The notes beneath the pieces were generated by a model. It was not told the DNA's origin and searched no databases. It saw nothing but the letters and a program-made list of their open reading frames with translations. Made by a program: the position numbers and the translations under genes. From positions 248,001-312,000 of the IMG/VR virus record IMGVR_UViG_3300049215_000771: 64,000 nucleotides of DNA; one strand, written 5' to 3'. Positions 62,002 through 64,000 of the stretch are shown one piece after another. Within the stretch, counting starts at the first letter, position 1. Every line of letters begins with the position of its first letter.

Positions 62002-62244
62002 ATGAGTAACATCAATGAAGTTTCGCCGCCTGGCTGGGCCGGCACCGTCAAGGCCATGAAGAAACACAAGGACATCGACAATCCTTTCGCCCTTGCGTGG
62101 AGCATGAAGAACAAGGGTGACACTGCGCATTATAAGGACAAGAAGAAAGGAAAACCCGAAAAGAAAACCAAATACAAGCATGAAGAAATTGAGAGGAAAA
62201 CCTTCAAACAATTCCTCGAAGAAAAGGGCTGGAAGCCTCAGTAA
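62002..62244 (+). CDS. Small basic protein, possibly head-associated
   Basis: DNPFALAWSMKNKG motif; Lys-rich; C-terminal KTFKQFLEE. Confidence 0.55.
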   Translation: MSNINEVSPPGWAGTVKAMKKHKDIDNPFALAWSMKNKGDTAHYKDKKKGKPEKKTKYKHEEIERKTFKQFLEEKGWKPQ

Positions 62245-63287
62245 CCAAAAAAATTCGTCCAGTCCGCCCCTGCCTGGTACGGGAACTGGTAGGAAATTGG
62301 TTTAGCAAACTTCTTGATGAACCCGTGGACGATAACCGGGCCTTCCTTGACGTACATCTCATTCCAGTCCTTGTAGGGTTTCGGGGGACGTACAACAAAC
62401 AACTTGTCCTTGTGCTTGGAAGTCGTCTGCACCAGCGACAAAGCATCACTCATGACCGTAGTTCCTACCTTTCCCGCTTTGTCACGGTCGAGACACAACA
62501 CCAACCTGTAGTCCGCCAGCATGATGGCCTGCTTATCATTCATGTTCTTACCACCACACGCAGCAGCGTTCAAGTCAGAAAACGCCAGACTCATGGCGTT
62601 GAACTCACCTTCGCACAAATGCACGAGTTCGCCAGCCCTGGGCCACTTGCCTCCCGGCATGTAAATGACATCACCTTTGCCGACCCCTACCTCCTTGGGC
62701 GGGCCGAGGTAGCGAATCTTTGCCTGGGGAAAGATATGTCGCCCGTTCCAGTAAATCAACTTCCCGGTCCTGTCGTAATACGGGATGATGATGCGTGACT
62801 TGTAGGGGTGTTCCGTGCAGATGTACAAACCCGTTGTCGGAATCTTACGCCCTTCCAGGTACTCTTCCGCCTTCTGCTTCCACCACTTATTCTTCAGTTC
62901 GTCGATCAAGTAGGTGCCATAAGGCAGCAACAGATCAGGCGGGGGCGGCTCGACTTCTTCGGGTTGTTGTTTGGCGAAGAACTCTTCCAGGGCCACTTCC
63001 AGGTCACGAACTGTTGGCTCGCCCTTCAAAATGGCGAGAGCGTCTTCACGGTCGCAGTGGTCGATGAGTTGGACGAAGTTGATGAGGCTGCCCTTGCGGT
63101 CAGTCTTGAAGCAGTGGAATACCCCATACTTGCGGCGTTTCTTTCCACCAACAGGTGACAACCATAGATGATGGCCGTCATCGTCCGGCTCGAAGATGCT
63201 GTTGATGCGGATTTCCGTACCTTTCACGATCACGTCGTCGAAGCGTCGTTCTACCCAGCGTCGGAATCGGTCGAAATCTACAGCCAT
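62238..63287 (-). CDS. DNA primase (T4 gp61/DnaG-like)
   Basis: RIIIPYYD..GKLIYWNGR, KIRYL, TOPRIM LCEGEFNA and LCLDRDKAG; start moved to MAVDFDRF. Confidence 0.85.
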   Translation of the reverse strand: MAVDFDRFRRWVERRFDDVIVKGTEIRINSIFEPDDDGHHLWLSPVGGKKRRKYGVFHCFKTDRKGSLINFVQLIDHCDREDALAILKGEPTVRDLEVALEEFFAKQQPEEVEPPPPDLLLPYGTYLIDELKNKWWKQKAEEYLEGRKIPTTGLYICTEHPYKSRIIIPYYDRTGKLIYWNGRHIFPQAKIRYLGPPKEVGVGKGDVIYMPGGKWPRAGELVHLCEGEFNAMSLAFSDLNAAACGGKNMNDKQAIMLADYRLVLCLDRDKAGKVGTTVMSDALSLVQTTSKHKDKLFVVRPPKPYKDWNEMYVKEGPVIVHGFIKKFAKPISYQFPYQAGADWTNFFGY

Positions 63288-63362
63288 GCTCTGTTCTATA
63301 TATTGGACTGGCTTATCATTGAATATCGGGTTAAAATACCCAACGATATTGGAGACTACACA

Positions 63363-64000
63363 ATGGACATCGAACACATCAGCGTATCACGAAAACAAAC
63401 CTGGGACACCTGCCAGCAACAATATAAATACCGTTACCATTTGAAGATGTACCCGGAAGGCCCACAACCCATCTACCTTTCCTACGGAAAAACCGTCCAC
63501 AAGGTCGCCGAGGAATACGTCCGGGCACAGGGCAAACGCAAAATCGAGGATATTGCCAAGGACGTTCTCTCCGGGCATATTCTACTCGAACATGGCGTTG
63601 CTGCACCACCCCTGGATCGGGAATACAAGAAAAAATTCCCGCAGCACTGCCGGCATATCAAAGAACTGACCGACAAGATCGGCTACGACGGCGAACTGGA
63701 GTACCAGTTCCACTACGACCTGGACCCGCCGCACGGACGCTTCGTCACAGGCTTCATCGACCGTCTCATCGTCCGGGGCGACAAGTATTTCATCCTCGAC
63801 TACAAGACCACCAAGAAAGGCTTCTGGCGCAAGAACTCAAACACCATCAAGAAAGACCTCCAGTTGGCTGCTTACGGTCGGGTTGTACAACGCACATTCA
63901 ATGCGAAGGCTGAAAACATCCGGGCAGCCTTGTTCTATCTGGAAGGAAACGAACTCGTGTCGGTTCGTTTCAACGACGAGATGTTGTTGAAGGCCGAGCA
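63363..64000 (+). CDS. PD-(D/E)xK RecB-like nuclease (partial, runs off window end)
   Basis: ISVS..TWDTC..QYKYRY, GKTVH, GFIDRL, ILDYKT, QLAAY; GGAG RBS; below the ATG-to-stop rule so absent from the ORF track. Confidence 0.85.
   Translation, partial: MDIEHISVSRKQTWDTCQQQYKYRYHLKMYPEGPQPIYLSYGKTVHKVAEEYVRAQGKRKIEDIAKDVLSGHILLEHGVAAPPLDREYKKKFPQHCRHIKELTDKIGYDGELEYQFHYDLDPPHGRFVTGFIDRLIVRGDKYFILDYKTTKKGFWRKNSNTIKKDLQLAAYGRVVQRTFNAKAENIRAALFYLEGNELVSVRFNDEMLLKAE

Noticed and set aside
63309-63350. Possible promoter TAAAAT inside an imperfect inverted repeat before the nuclease
   Set aside because: No credible -35 and the repeat is imperfect; too weak to call.
63363-64000. Nuclease as Cas4 of a CRISPR system
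   Set aside because: No array or other cas genes; position next to the primase fits a replication/recombination RecB-like exonuclease.
1-64000. Stop-codon reassignment (common in huge phages)
   Set aside because: The standard code gives full-length, tightly packed genes ending in TAA, TGA and TAG.

Overview
This 64-kb window is a gene-dense segment of a large T4-like (jumbo/huge) myovirus genome in the standard genetic code; the host cannot be named from the sequence. The left part (1-10.6 kb, mostly minus strand) holds accessory genes: class II lysyl-tRNA synthetase, ClpP-like protease, histidine phosphatase, a plant-HPAT/SGT-like glycosyltransferase fold, a HEXXH peptidase, cREC receiver and HAD_SAK RNA-repair domains, and a CCA-enzyme homologue with altered catalytic motifs. 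The centre (10.6-52 kb, plus strand) is the morphogenesis module: gp2-like DNA end protector, a 4553-aa tape measure protein with a Pro-rich repeat tail, a complete contractile baseplate set (tube initiator, LysM/gp53, hub, gp5 spike, gp25, J/gp6, I/gp7), three paralogous PKD fibre genes, and a 2048-aa Ile/Pro/Thr repeat fibre. The right part has glycosyltransferase-like genes, an actin-like ATPase, glpX, a primase and a PD-(D/E)xK nuclease. The most striking unexplained feature is a three-gene cassette at 38352-39632 inside the tail operon. All three ORFs start with the same leader, M-[KR]-N-[YF]-W-L-D-[KR], fused to a gp55-like sigma core, to order-swapped fragments of this phage's own spike, and to a repeat-less miniature of its own fibre. 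Other candidates are a virion O-glycosylation system, T4-type capsid-targeting leaders on several proteins, and a lysS promoter embedded in a 20-bp inverted repeat. No tRNA, rRNA, CRISPR array, integrase, transposase or reverse transcriptase was seen. All family calls are by motif recognition, not database search.
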